From the NCBI GenBank assembly GCA_965203355.1, contig OZ241889.1, positions 2,624,001-2,688,000 of the forward strand: 64,000 bases of DNA, read 5' to 3'. This document shows, piece after piece, positions 1 through 9,393 of this stretch. The translations under genes were made by a program, and so were the position numbers. Within the stretch, counting starts at the first letter, position 1, and the number at the start of each line of letters is the position of its first letter. Below the pieces are notes generated by a model, which worked only from the letters and a program-made list of their open reading frames with translations, did no database searches and had not been told where the DNA came from. Source of the stretch: Candidatus Latescibacterota bacterium (GTDB taxonomy: Bacteria; Latescibacterota; UBA2968; UBA8231).

Positions 1-1
1 G

Positions 2-298
2 GCTTTAGATGTGGGCGGTGGCAAGATGTATTGGACAGATTATCGCACGCACAAGATTCAACGTGCCAGCCTTGACGGCTCAGAAATCGAAGACCTCGTC
101 GTCAGGCAGAATAAGGTAGAAAATCCTACGGAACTGATCTTGGATGTGGACGACGGCAAGATGTATTGGATAGACCAGTATAGGAAGAGCATTCGACGTG
201 CCAACCTCGATGGCTCAGAAATCGAAGACCTCGTCGTCTGGTCCGATGATGCTAGTTTTTCGGGACTAGCTTTAGATTTGGGCAACCGGAGCCAGTAG
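2..298 (+). CDS. 3' end of a YWTD / LDL-receptor class B repeat (beta-propeller) protein; 5' end lies outside the window
   Basis: Two near-identical repeats (L)DVxxGKMYW(T/I)D...I(Q/R)RA(S/N)LDGSEIEDLVV; frame is open from position 2 (ALDVGGGKMYWTD). Confidence 0.85.
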   Translation, partial: ALDVGGGKMYWTDYRTHKIQRASLDGSEIEDLVVRQNKVENPTELILDVDDGKMYWIDQYRKSIRRANLDGSEIEDLVVWSDDASFSGLALDLGNRSQ

Positions 299-406
299 CA
301 TAGCTACGAGGCGTTTATTCAGCGCGAGTAGCGTCTCGGCTATGGACGCGGCTACTTTCAGGGAGTGGGCGCGGCTCAAGCGCCGCAGAACTCGGCGGAG
401 GCTCAG

Positions 407-580
407 ATGATTGAAGATCCTATCGTTGAAGAAATTCGCCAGCACCGTACAGCCCATGCTGCCGAACATGGCAATGACCTTGGCCGCATTATTCAATCGC
501 TCCGCAAGCGCGAACGAGAATCTGCTCGCCCGCTGCTGAACTTAGGGCCAAAGAAGCAAGTACGCCGAACCGAGGGCTGA
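407..580 (+). CDS. Small protein (57 aa), putative antitoxin-like DPIVEE(I/V)R family
   Basis: ATG at 407 after GGAGG; MIEDPIVEEIRQHRTAHAAEHGNDLGRIIQSLRKRE resembles small proteins typically found downstream of PIN-domain genes. Confidence 0.55.
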   Translation: MIEDPIVEEIRQHRTAHAAEHGNDLGRIIQSLRKRERESARPLLNLGPKKQVRRTEG

Positions 581-590
581 TGTTCGGCGG

Positions 591-1721
591 CTAAAAATCC
601 GCGAATGCGCCGTCCTCTGGGTGGCGGCGCATGGTTCGCTGCCGCCAAGGGCCGCGATGAGTAGCCGCCGCTAGCCCCTCGGGGTCGATCTCCACGCCGA
701 GTCCCGGCCCTCGGGGCAATTCCACAAATCCATTTTTCATGGGCAAGGGGTTCGTGAAAAACCCTTCGCCGCCGCCCCCGCCGTATTCCATGATGAGGAA
801 GTTGGGCGTCCCGGCCATCGCGTGTATGGAAGCGACGATGCCGAGGGGGTCGGCCGCGTTGTGGGGCGCGACCGCTATCTCGTGGACTTCGGCTAAGGCG
901 GCGATTTTCTTCATTTCGAGCAGGCCGCCGCAGTGGCGGATGTCGGGTTGGATGATGGCTGCGGCCTGGCGCTCGCACAATTCGCGGAAACCCCAGCGGG
1001 TGGCGCAGCGCTCACCCGTGGCGATGGGGATGGCGGTCGAGCGCGTCAGTTCCAGTAGGGGGCCGATATTGTCGGTGGAACGGGTCGGCTCCTCGACGAA
1101 GAGCGGTTTTAGCGGTTCGAGTTCGCGCAGCAGCACTTTGGCCAACGCTGGGCTGGCGGCGCGGTGGAAGTCGACGGCGATGTCGATGCCCGGGCCGACG
1201 GCTTCGCGCATGGCCGCCACGTGCGACACGACTCGTTCAATGCCGGCCGGATTTTCAATGGGGCGCACCGGATTGGGGAAGGGGGTGGTTTTGAGCGCGG
1301 TAAAGCCTTGTTCGACGCGCTGGCGAGCGGCTTGGGCGGCTTGCGCTGGGGTCGCGCCGCCGGCCGCTCCATAGACGCGAATCTTCTCGCGCACGGATCC
1401 ACCTAATAGCTTCCACACGGGTAAGTTCGCGGTTTTGCCCAACAGGTCTAGGCAGGCCATTTCAATGCCGCTGAGAGCCGCCAACAGGATCGGCATCTGG
1501 CGGGAATAGCTGGAGCGGTACAGGGTCTGCCAGTGATCTTCGATTTGCAGGGGATCGCGGCCGATCAGATAATCGCCCATGTCGCGGATGGCCCGCTCCA
1601 CTGTGCGGCCGTGTTCGTAGTTCATGGGCGCACCCAGACCGGTGAGGCCAGCGTCGGTTGCGACTTGGAGCAAGAGGCCGCGATTGTTGAGCGGCGCAAC
1701 ATCAAAGCGGGTTATTTTCAT
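591..1721 (-). CDS. Mandelate racemase/muconate lactonizing family enzyme (galactonate dehydratase-like)
   Basis: Start MKITRF at 1721 (ATGA overlap with upstream gene); GF-TALKT, IAVDFH, FVEEP, IATGER, IIQPD, APHN enolase-superfamily motifs. Confidence 0.9.
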   Translation of the reverse strand: MKITRFDVAPLNNRGLLLQVATDAGLTGLGAPMNYEHGRTVERAIRDMGDYLIGRDPLQIEDHWQTLYRSSYSRQMPILLAALSGIEMACLDLLGKTANLPVWKLLGGSVREKIRVYGAAGGATPAQAAQAARQRVEQGFTALKTTPFPNPVRPIENPAGIERVVSHVAAMREAVGPGIDIAVDFHRAASPALAKVLLRELEPLKPLFVEEPTRSTDNIGPLLELTRSTAIPIATGERCATRWGFRELCERQAAAIIQPDIRHCGGLLEMKKIAALAEVHEIAVAPHNAADPLGIVASIHAMAGTPNFLIMEYGGGGGEGFFTNPLPMKNGFVELPRGPGLGVEIDPEGLAAATHRGPWRQRTMRRHPEDGAFADF

Positions 1722-2701
1722 CGCAGCCACGCCTTGACCCGTGGGTGGTCGAGGACCGCTGGATTGAGGATGTGTTCTGGCTGGCGACCGGCGATGGCGG
1801 CCGAGACTTGCTCGATGCTCTTGGCGTCGAGGCGCGTGGTGGATTCGACCGTAATGCCGGCGTTGTGATTGGTGCAGATGATGCGCGGGTGATCCTTGTG
1901 GATGGCGCGGGTGCCGTCGACCGGATCGTCCACCACGTAGTAATAGAGTTTTTCCTCTTCGATGGCGCGGTGGACGTCCGCGTCGCTGACGAGATGGCCG
2001 CGCGAGGGATTGATCAGCGAGGCGTGGGGCTGCATCAGGCTGAGCAAGTCGTAGCCGACGATGGGGTCGTCGCCCGAGACGTGGAGCGAGATCGCGTCGC
2101 ACGCGCGAAAGAGCGTTTCGGGCGAGTCGGCGACTTCGGCTCCGCATTGGGCGGCGATGTCGCCGATGTCGGGTCGGGTGTCATAGACGAGCAAGCGACC
2201 GTTTTCGCCCAAGAGCGGCACGGCGCGCTGGGCCACCTCTTGGCCGATGCGGCCGCAGCCGTACAGGCCGAGGGTGGTGTGTTGGGCCTCATAGGTGCGG
2301 ATGATGGAGAAATCGCCGCGGTGGGACCGATGATTGAGGGTATAGACTCGTTTGAGGGTGGCCATCCACTGGGCGATGGTGTATTCGGCGACCGCGTCCA
2401 TGTGGACCGGCGTCACGGTGATAAGCACGCCGTGGCGCGTGGCGGCTGGGACATTCACTTTGTCAAAACCAACACCCCAACGGGCGACGATGCGCAGATC
2501 CTCGGCCGCCGCGTAAAACTCGTCCGTATAGACCGATGAACTGGCGATGGAAGCGATTAGGTCGGGGGCGTGCTCGGCGGTGAGGACGGCAGGCTCCGGG
2601 ATGAGGGTGCCTAAGGAGCGGAGCTTTTCGAGGCCCTGTTCGCGCGCGCTGGAGGCGAATTCGGCGTTTTGGAACTGACTGGTGAGCATGATGTTCGGCA
2701 T
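1718..2701 (-). CDS. D-2-hydroxyacid dehydrogenase (SerA-like)
   Basis: ARWGVGFDKVNV, AVAEYT, GxGxxG (GCGRIG), LINPSRG, TNHNAG motifs. Confidence 0.9.
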   Translation of the reverse strand: MPNIMLTSQFQNAEFASSAREQGLEKLRSLGTLIPEPAVLTAEHAPDLIASIASSSVYTDEFYAAAEDLRIVARWGVGFDKVNVPAATRHGVLITVTPVHMDAVAEYTIAQWMATLKRVYTLNHRSHRGDFSIIRTYEAQHTTLGLYGCGRIGQEVAQRAVPLLGENGRLLVYDTRPDIGDIAAQCGAEVADSPETLFRACDAISLHVSGDDPIVGYDLLSLMQPHASLINPSRGHLVSDADVHRAIEEEKLYYYVVDDPVDGTRAIHKDHPRIICTNHNAGITVESTTRLDAKSIEQVSAAIAGRQPEHILNPAVLDHPRVKAWLR

Positions 2702-2726
2702 GTGTATTCCTCTCTACTGCAATGGG

Positions 2727-3587
2727 TTAATCTATTTCGTTTGCGGCTGGAATCGAATCCATCGCGCCCGGACGAGTAACGCACAAAGCTGCGGCTTGGA
2801 CCGCGCGGGCTATAGCGTCTCGCGCCGTCAGGCCGGCGGTCAGGCCGTGAAGAAAATAGCCGATGAAGGTGTCGCCTGCACCCGTCGTATCAACCGCTTC
2901 GACCGGCGGGGCTGGGAGGTGGAATTGCTCCGACGGGGAGCGGTAGTGAACGCCAGCAGCCCCCAGCGTGAGCGCGACTTGGGCATGGGGGCAAAGCGCG
3001 GCCAGTGCCGCGAGCGTGGCGGCCCCCGCCAGGCCCGTGGCTTCGGTTTCGTTGACGATGAGTACATGGACCCATTCGAGGGGATACGCGCGGACTTGCG
3101 GGCCAAAGGGCGCGGGGTTTAAGCATATGGTCAGGCCCCGCTCGGCCGCGGCGGCGATGATGTAAGAAATATCGTTTATCTCGTTCTGCAAGAGGATGAG
3201 GTCCCCTCGGTCAAAACGGGAGAGCACGGCGTCTATGGTACCTCTGCTTATTTGGGTATTGGCCCCGGCAAAGAGGACGATGCTGTTTTGGCCGCGGCGG
3301 TCAACTTGGATAAGGGCGTGGCCGGTGGGGACCGGGCCGACGCGGATGTGCTGCACATCCACGCCCAGCCCAGCCAACTTATCGACCAGCCATTGCCCGT
3401 CTTGCCCGACTTGGCCAGCGTGAAAGACGCGCGCGCCAGCGCGGGCCAGGGCGGCTGATTGGTTGGCTCCTTTGCCGCCGGCAAAGACTTGGTGCGACGA
3501 ACTGGCGATGGTCTCGCCCGGCCGGACGATATGTCCGACTTGATAAACGAGGTCGATGTTGAGCGAGCCGAAGTTGAGGATGTTCAT
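2727..3587 (-). CDS. rbsK: Ribokinase (PfkB family)
   Basis: GSLNIDL, GGKGANQS, QNE, NPAP, NETE, VDTTGAGDTF motifs. Confidence 0.9.
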   Translation of the reverse strand: MNILNFGSLNIDLVYQVGHIVRPGETIASSSHQVFAGGKGANQSAALARAGARVFHAGQVGQDGQWLVDKLAGLGVDVQHIRVGPVPTGHALIQVDRRGQNSIVLFAGANTQISRGTIDAVLSRFDRGDLILLQNEINDISYIIAAAAERGLTICLNPAPFGPQVRAYPLEWVHVLIVNETEATGLAGAATLAALAALCPHAQVALTLGAAGVHYRSPSEQFHLPAPPVEAVDTTGAGDTFIGYFLHGLTAGLTARDAIARAVQAAALCVTRPGAMDSIPAANEID

Positions 3588-4581
3588 TGGGCTTGGTAGG
3601 TCGTCTCTAGATCCCTCAGCATGAGCTCCATCTGCTTGGGACCTTTGTGATAGATGCTAAGCGATTGTAGGGCGGTATTGGCGATAGTTACTGACTGCTT
3701 TTCTTTGTCAATGCCAATGTATCGCCTTCCTTCGCTCAGGGCGGCCAAGGCCGTGGTCCCGCTGCCGACAAAGCAATCGAGAACAATGTCGTCTGGATCG
3801 GTAAATAGTTTGATAGCTCGCCGAGGCAACTCGATGGGGAACTTGGAGTCGTGATCTGAATTGCTGCGAACAGAGGGGATTTTCCATACCAAGCTACCCA
3901 CTCTTTTTTTTGCAGCCGCGATCTATCGACTTTCGTTATGCCCGGTTTCCAAAAGATGTACAGATATTCGGACTCATCGACCGAGCGGTACGAGATAGTA
4001 TGCCAGCGCGAGTTTTCCCACGCGGCGTCTTTTACCCATAAGCGCCGATCATATAAGTAAAAGCCAGCATCTGTTGCAGATGATTCTATCAACTCGCCCA
4101 CTAGGTAAACCCTTGTTTGGAGTTGGTATTTTCCGCCGCGAATGTTGTTGCCGTTGAGCCGTCGGTCAATCGTTTGTTCACTACATTCAAAATATGCTGC
4201 AAGTTGGTAGCGATTCCACTCAGGATGCTGCTGTTTAACCGCGAGAATATCTTCTTTTGTCAGCTTGATTTTTCTGCGCGAAACATTTTCTGCCATGATT
4301 TTCGGCATACTCTCATCCTTGAAACACAGTATATCGGCGATGTTTATCGCCAAAAAGCCGCCCGGCTTAATTATAGGGAAGTGTAGTTTAATAACCTCGC
4401 GCAATAGTTCCTGCCAATCGGCAAAAGACAAATCGCGTTCGTATTCTTTACCGACATAGTAGGGAGGCGACCATATGCTCAAGGCAATGGATTCTCGGCT
4501 AATTTTCTTTAGAAACTGCCGGGCGTCGCCATGGTATATTTTATTGGGTACGAGTGCATTGAGCACATTTACGGCTGCCAT
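3584..4581 (-). pseudogene. Frameshifted N4-cytosine DNA methyltransferase, M.BglI/M.SfiI-like (beta class)
   Basis: 5' frame has SPPY catalytic motif and an HTH-like insert (CSEQTIDRRLNGNNIRGGKY); 3' frame (3584-3901) has H-x-x-KFP and VLDCFVGSGTT SAM motif; frame changes near 3885-3911; AT-richer than flanks. Confidence 0.85.
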
Positions 4582-4706
4582 TTGCGGAATATCTCGTGAG
4601 CTTCCATTCCGAAATCGTAAACGGCTTGGAATATCCAACGCAATGTTAGTTGTTCGATTTCCTCGATTTCGCGCGAGGATAGGGCGTGGGGATCTTTTTC
4701 TGTCAT
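4569..4706 (-). pseudogene. 45-aa remnant of an SfiI-family restriction endonuclease
   Basis: Not in the ORF track; translated by hand: MTEKDPHALSSREIEEIEQLTLRWIFQAVYDFGMEAHEIFRKWQP*, resembling the recalled SfiI N-terminus (LS..E.E..E..TLR.I.QA......EA..IF); its end overlaps the MTase ATG. Confidence 0.65.
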
Positions 4707-4740
4707 GTGTCTTGCTTGCTACACGGATAAGATATTGACG

Positions 4741-5481
4741 CTAAGCCGTTGCTGCGCGATAGGCGGCTTGTGCCGTGGCTTCCAAAAACCGCATGTCGTT
4801 GCTGAAGTCGATAAACTGGAAGCCCTCGGCGACGCGCTGTTTGACTTCGGCGGCGTCCTTAACCGGAATGCCGCAAGGTTTGCCCGCTTTGGCGCAGCCA
4901 GCGCGGAAAGCCTGCAAGGCGGTCTCGTGGTCGGAGTGGCCAGCGGCAACGCCCATGGACATGGCCAAGTCGCCCGGCCCGAGGAAGCCGATGTCAACGC
5001 CTTCGACGCGGGCGATGGCCTCGGCGTTTTCAATGCCCTCCATGTCTTCGATCTGCGGGATGCAGAGGACGGCGTCGTCAAAGCACTGGCGATAGTCCGG
5101 GGCCAACGTGACGCAGCGGCCCGTGCCCACCGACCGGTTGCCGCACGGTGGATAGCGCACGGCTTGGGCCAGTTTTGCGGCCTGCTCTGGGGTGCTGACG
5201 TGTGGGAAAACCAAGCCCCAGGCTCCGGCGTCGAGTAGGCGGGCGGCCGTGGTCGGATCGTGGTCCCAAGCGCGGGCTAAGGGTAGGGCACCGCGCGCCT
5301 CAATAGCGCGGAAAGTATGGGCGATGTGGCCGAGGTCAAAGGCCGAGTGCTCGGCGTCAACTACCAGCCATTTGAAACCGGCCACCGCCATGACTTCGGC
5401 GGCCAGCGGCGAGGTTAAATTGAGCCAGGAGCCAATGGAAGGGTGGCCGGCGGCCAGTTGTTCTTTGATAGGGTTTTGCAT
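4741..5481 (-). CDS. HpcH/HpaI aldolase family protein
   Basis: VVDAEHS, LLDAGA, YPPCGNRSVG, QIED, GPGDLA motifs. Confidence 0.92.
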   Translation of the reverse strand: MQNPIKEQLAAGHPSIGSWLNLTSPLAAEVMAVAGFKWLVVDAEHSAFDLGHIAHTFRAIEARGALPLARAWDHDPTTAARLLDAGAWGLVFPHVSTPEQAAKLAQAVRYPPCGNRSVGTGRCVTLAPDYRQCFDDAVLCIPQIEDMEGIENAEAIARVEGVDIGFLGPGDLAMSMGVAAGHSDHETALQAFRAGCAKAGKPCGIPVKDAAEVKQRVAEGFQFIDFSNDMRFLEATAQAAYRAATA

Positions 5482-5599
5482 GGGATTCCCTGCTTGTGGA
5501 TGTGATTCATACCCTCACCGGGGCCAGCCAGAACTTGGGGGGATCGCTTGCCTAGAAAAAGAAGCGATACGGCCCTTCGCTCAACACGGGCGGCATGGG

Positions 5600-6736
5600 T
5601 TATCTAAAGGCGATCAACTCGTCAACTTGCTCTTTGAGTACGCCGAGGACCTCGTCGTACGGGAACTGGCCGATGAGTTGGGGGCCGCGTTTGAGATTGA
5701 CGAAGTTGGGGGCGCACCACAGCCCCAAGTCAGCGTCGTCGGTCTCGCCCGGGCCGTTGACACGGCAGCCCATGACGGCGATGGTGATCTGGTGTTCGCG
5801 GGCGTACTCGGTGAGTGTGCGCACTTGGTGGGCCAAGTCGATGAAGGCTTCATTTTCCACCCGCGAACAGGAGGGACAGGAGATGATGTTCAGGCCGGAC
5901 GGGAGCAACTTGGGCACCGAGCGGAAGCGGCCTGAGTAGATGTCGTCGAGGATCTGCCGCCCGATTTTGACCTCTTCGCCCTTGTCGTCAAACGGCAAGG
6001 TCAGCGACACGCGAATGGTGTCGCCAATGCCGGCGCTGATGAGCTGTTCAAAGGCAATGCGCGTCTTGATCACTCCTTCGGGGGGCATCCCGGCCTCGGT
6101 AACGCCGAGGTGCAAGGGCACATCGGGCCGCTCTTGGGCAAAGCGGGTGTTGGCGGCAATGACCTTGGCCGGGTCGGAGTCCTTGAGCGAGACGCAGTAG
6201 CGCGTGAAACCCAAGTCCTCAAGCAACGCGCAGTGCTCTAAGGCCGAGGCGATCATGGGCGAAATGGAATCGTCGGCCGGGAAGCGCGCGGCTTGAGCCG
6301 GATCGACCGAGCCGCAGTTGACTCCAACGCGCAGAGCGCAATCGCGTTGGGCAGCCTCGTCTGCAATAAAGGCGACTTTGTCGGCGACTGGCTTGCCCTT
6401 TTCGTGGTGGTGGAGGTGCCCGGGGTTGTAGCGGATTTTCTCCACGTGCGGTGCCACCTGGCGGATCAAGCGGTAGTTTTCTTGCAGGTCAACGGATAGC
6501 GGCACGTCAACGGTCTGGGCGATTTGGGCGAGGGCTTCCACGTCTTTTTTGCTATCTACGGCCACGCGGATGACGTCGGCCCCGGCCGCGGCCAGCAGCC
6601 GCAGTTGGCGGGTGGTGGCCGCAATGTCTTGGGTGCGGGTAGCGGCCATGCTTTGCACGGCAATCGGGTGCTGACCGCCGATGGTCGTGCGGCCAATTTG
6701 AACTGAACGGGTGGGATTTCTCGTCGCGGAATTCAT
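5600..6736 (-). CDS. ispG: 4-hydroxy-3-methylbut-2-enyl diphosphate synthase
   Basis: [54 protein letters not shown]. Confidence 0.97.
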   Translation of the reverse strand: MNSATRNPTRSVQIGRTTIGGQHPIAVQSMAATRTQDIAATTRQLRLLAAAGADVIRVAVDSKKDVEALAQIAQTVDVPLSVDLQENYRLIRQVAPHVEKIRYNPGHLHHHEKGKPVADKVAFIADEAAQRDCALRVGVNCGSVDPAQAARFPADDSISPMIASALEHCALLEDLGFTRYCVSLKDSDPAKVIAANTRFAQERPDVPLHLGVTEAGMPPEGVIKTRIAFEQLISAGIGDTIRVSLTLPFDDKGEEVKIGRQILDDIYSGRFRSVPKLLPSGLNIISCPSCSRVENEAFIDLAHQVRTLTEYAREHQITIAVMGCRVNGPGETDDADLGLWCAPNFVNLKRGPQLIGQFPYDEVLGVLKEQVDELIAFR

Positions 6737-6894
6737 GTCCTAAAAGTTAAATGCGCGGTCCTGTTTGTCAAAGTAAGAAAGGGCCGCCGACCGTGCTCTC
6801 TTGCTGGAAACGCGCCTCTTTGTGTATTTGTGTGTCGCACTGCGTTCAATAGATCGAGGAGCTTTTGCCGTGAAAGTATTGGTGCTAGGAGCCG

Positions 6895-8079
6895 GTGGTT
6901 TTGGCGGAAACGAAGGGAGCGACCGTGCCGCCTAAAGTGCCGCAGACAAGGCCCTGTATCCCCGAGGAGGACGTGGCCGCACTGCTTGAGGATTTTGCCC
7001 AGATCCTCCGCAGCGGCCGCCTGACGATGGGGCCGTATTTGGAGCGGTTTGAGCAGGCGTTTGCCGCGTGTGTGGGCGCGGAACACGCCGTGGGTATGAG
7101 CTCGGGAACTGCGCCGCTGGAGGTGGCTTTGCGCTATTGGGGGATCGAAGGGGGGGAGGTTGTGGTGCCGACGAATACGTTTATTGCCTCGTCCAATGCC
7201 GCGCTGTTGGCTGGCGGCCGGCCCGTCCTCTGCGACATAGACCCGCAGACCCTGTCGAGCGGCCTGCCGCAGTTTGAGGCCAAAGTCGGAGCAAAGACGC
7301 GGGCCGTAGTCGCCGTCCACATTGCCGGCCTAATCGCGCCCGACATCGAGGCCATTCGCTCGTTTTGCCGGGTGCGCGGGTTGTTTTTGCTCGAAGACGC
7401 AGCCCACGCCCACGGCGCGAGTGCCGCTGGCCAGCCCGCGGGGAGTTTGGGCGATGCGGCGGGCTTTTCCTTTTTTCCGACCAAGCCGCTGACGGCGGGC
7501 GAGGGGGGCATGTTGACCACCAACGACCGCGATTTGGCCGACTTTGCGCGGAGCTTCCGCACGCACGGGGTGAGTGCCCAGGGCCGCTCGTTGGCGCGCT
7601 TGGGCCACAACTACCGCCTGCCCGAACTGAGCGCGGCGCTCGGCTTGCGGCAACTGGCGCGGCTAGCCGAGCACACCGCCGAGCGCAACCGCCTCGCCCG
7701 TCGCTATCGTCGCGCATTGGCGCGCTTGGGGTGCGGCCAGGTGCTCTTGCCGGAATGTGCCAGCCGAGTACACGCGTACTACAAGTTTCCCGTGCGCTTG
7801 CCGGCCCAAAAAAGACGCGAGTGGGTGGTCGCCGAGTTGCGGGCGCGCTGGGGGATTGAAGCGGGCAGCGTGTACTGGCCGCCGTGCCACCTGACGCCGT
7901 TTTACCAGCGGGAGTTAGGCTATGGTCCCGGGGATTTTCCCGTGGCCGAGGAAGTGCTAGCGCACGTGGTGACCTTGCCGATGTTCCCAGGCTTGAGCGA
8001 CGAGGCCGTGGAAAGGGTGTGCTGCGGCTTGGCCGAGCTATTGGCCGAGGCAGAAGGAGATTGCCGTGTCGGCCAATAA
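6895..8079 (+). CDS. DegT/DnrJ/EryC1/StrS sugar aminotransferase
   Basis: SSGTAPL, EDAAHAHG, FSFFPTKPLTAGEGG, GHNYR; exact start uncertain. Confidence 0.93.
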   Translation: MVLAETKGATVPPKVPQTRPCIPEEDVAALLEDFAQILRSGRLTMGPYLERFEQAFAACVGAEHAVGMSSGTAPLEVALRYWGIEGGEVVVPTNTFIASSNAALLAGGRPVLCDIDPQTLSSGLPQFEAKVGAKTRAVVAVHIAGLIAPDIEAIRSFCRVRGLFLLEDAAHAHGASAAGQPAGSLGDAAGFSFFPTKPLTAGEGGMLTTNDRDLADFARSFRTHGVSAQGRSLARLGHNYRLPELSAALGLRQLARLAEHTAERNRLARRYRRALARLGCGQVLLPECASRVHAYYKFPVRLPAQKRREWVVAELRARWGIEAGSVYWPPCHLTPFYQRELGYGPGDFPVAEEVLAHVVTLPMFPGLSDEAVERVCCGLAELLAEAEGDCRVGQ

Positions 8080-8698
8080 CCGGGTCTTGGTGCTCGCGCC
8101 GCACACGGACGATGGCGAGCTTGGCTGCGGGGGGACGATCAGCCGCCTGGTCGAAGAGGGGCGCGCGGTGTACTACGCGGCCTTTTCCACGGCGGCCGAG
8201 TCGGTGCCGCCGCCCTTTCCGCCCGACATTCTGGAGCAGGAAGTGCGGCAGGGCACGAAGATGCTGGGCATCCCTCCGGCGAACCTACTTGTCTATAAGT
8301 ACAAAGTGCGCCACCTGCCCCACCTGCGCCAAGAAATCCTCGAAGAGTTAGTGCGGATGAAAAGGGAAATCGACCCCGCAACCGTGTTCTTGCCCAGCGC
8401 CCAAGATCTACACCAAGATCACCAGACCATTCACCTTGAGGGCCTGCGCGCCTTTAAGACGGTCACTGTGCTCGGCTACGAGCTGCCGTGGAACAACCTG
8501 AGCTTTGACTACCGACACTTCTGCATACTCACCCGCGCACACGTGCAGACCAAGGTCGCCGCGCTGCGCTGCTACCAGTCGCAACAGCATCGTCCGTACA
8601 CCCAAGAGGAGTTTATATGGAGCTGGGCGCGGACTAGGGGTGGGCAGATCATGGTGGAATACGCCGAGGCGTTTGACGTGCTTCGGTGGGTGCGCTGA
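8066..8698 (+). CDS. PIG-L family deacetylase
   Basis: APHTDDGELGCGG, DLHQDH, YQSQ. Confidence 0.92.
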   Translation: MSANNRVLVLAPHTDDGELGCGGTISRLVEEGRAVYYAAFSTAAESVPPPFPPDILEQEVRQGTKMLGIPPANLLVYKYKVRHLPHLRQEILEELVRMKREIDPATVFLPSAQDLHQDHQTIHLEGLRAFKTVTVLGYELPWNNLSFDYRHFCILTRAHVQTKVAALRCYQSQQHRPYTQEEFIWSWARTRGGQIMVEYAEAFDVLRWVR

Positions 8699-9393
8699 TG
8701 AGCCGGGTGCTGGCGGCGCATCAGCCCAACTTCCTGCCTTGGCTGGGCTTGTTGCACAAGGTGGGGCAAGCCGACGTGTGGGTTTTGGCCGACGACGTGC
8801 AATACAGCCGCGGCAGCCTGACCAACCGCAACCGCATCCGCACGGCCACTGGCTGGCAATGGCTGACCGTGCCGGTGCTGACGCGGGGCCGGGGTCGGCA
8901 GCGGATATGCGATGTCCAGATCCAGTCCGACGGCGACTGGCGGCGCAAACACTGCCAAGCCCTGCGCTGGCACTACGGCCACGCGCCCTTTTTCGCTGCG
9001 TATGCCCCGGCGGTAGAGGACTTATACGCCAGAGAGTGGACTCAGTTGCTCGACCTAAACGTGGCCCTGCTGCGCCACCTGTTGACGCTGTTGGATTTGG
9101 CGATTGAAGTCCGCTTCAGCTCGCAGATGGACCTGCGGGACGAGCGGACCGGGCGCTTGGTGGATATGACCAAGGCGTGCGACTGCCAGGTATATCTGTC
9201 CGGGGAAGGGGCCTCGAAAGCGTATTTGGACGTAGAGGCGTTTGCTGCGGCCGGCGTTGAATGTCGCTTTACCCGTTTTGAACACCCGGTGTACCCCCAG
9301 TGTCACGCGGGTTTTGTCGCCGAGATGTCGGTGTTGGATTTGCTCTTTAACTGCGGACCGCAAAGCAGGGAGGTGCTCTTTGGCCGCGCCTGA
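8698..9393 (+). CDS. WbqC-like family protein
   Basis: HQPNFLPWLG, NRNRI, WLTVPV, YLSG, SVLDLLFN; ATG overlaps upstream TGA. Confidence 0.92.
   Translation: MSRVLAAHQPNFLPWLGLLHKVGQADVWVLADDVQYSRGSLTNRNRIRTATGWQWLTVPVLTRGRGRQRICDVQIQSDGDWRRKHCQALRWHYGHAPFFAAYAPAVEDLYAREWTQLLDLNVALLRHLLTLLDLAIEVRFSSQMDLRDERTGRLVDMTKACDCQVYLSGEGASKAYLDVEAFAAAGVECRFTRFEHPVYPQCHAGFVAEMSVLDLLFNCGPQSREVLFGRA

Noticed and set aside
1722-2147. Arg-rich N-terminal 142 aa of the 518-aa ORF
   Set aside because: Alternative frame of the dehydrogenase gene; the real start is MKITRF at 1721
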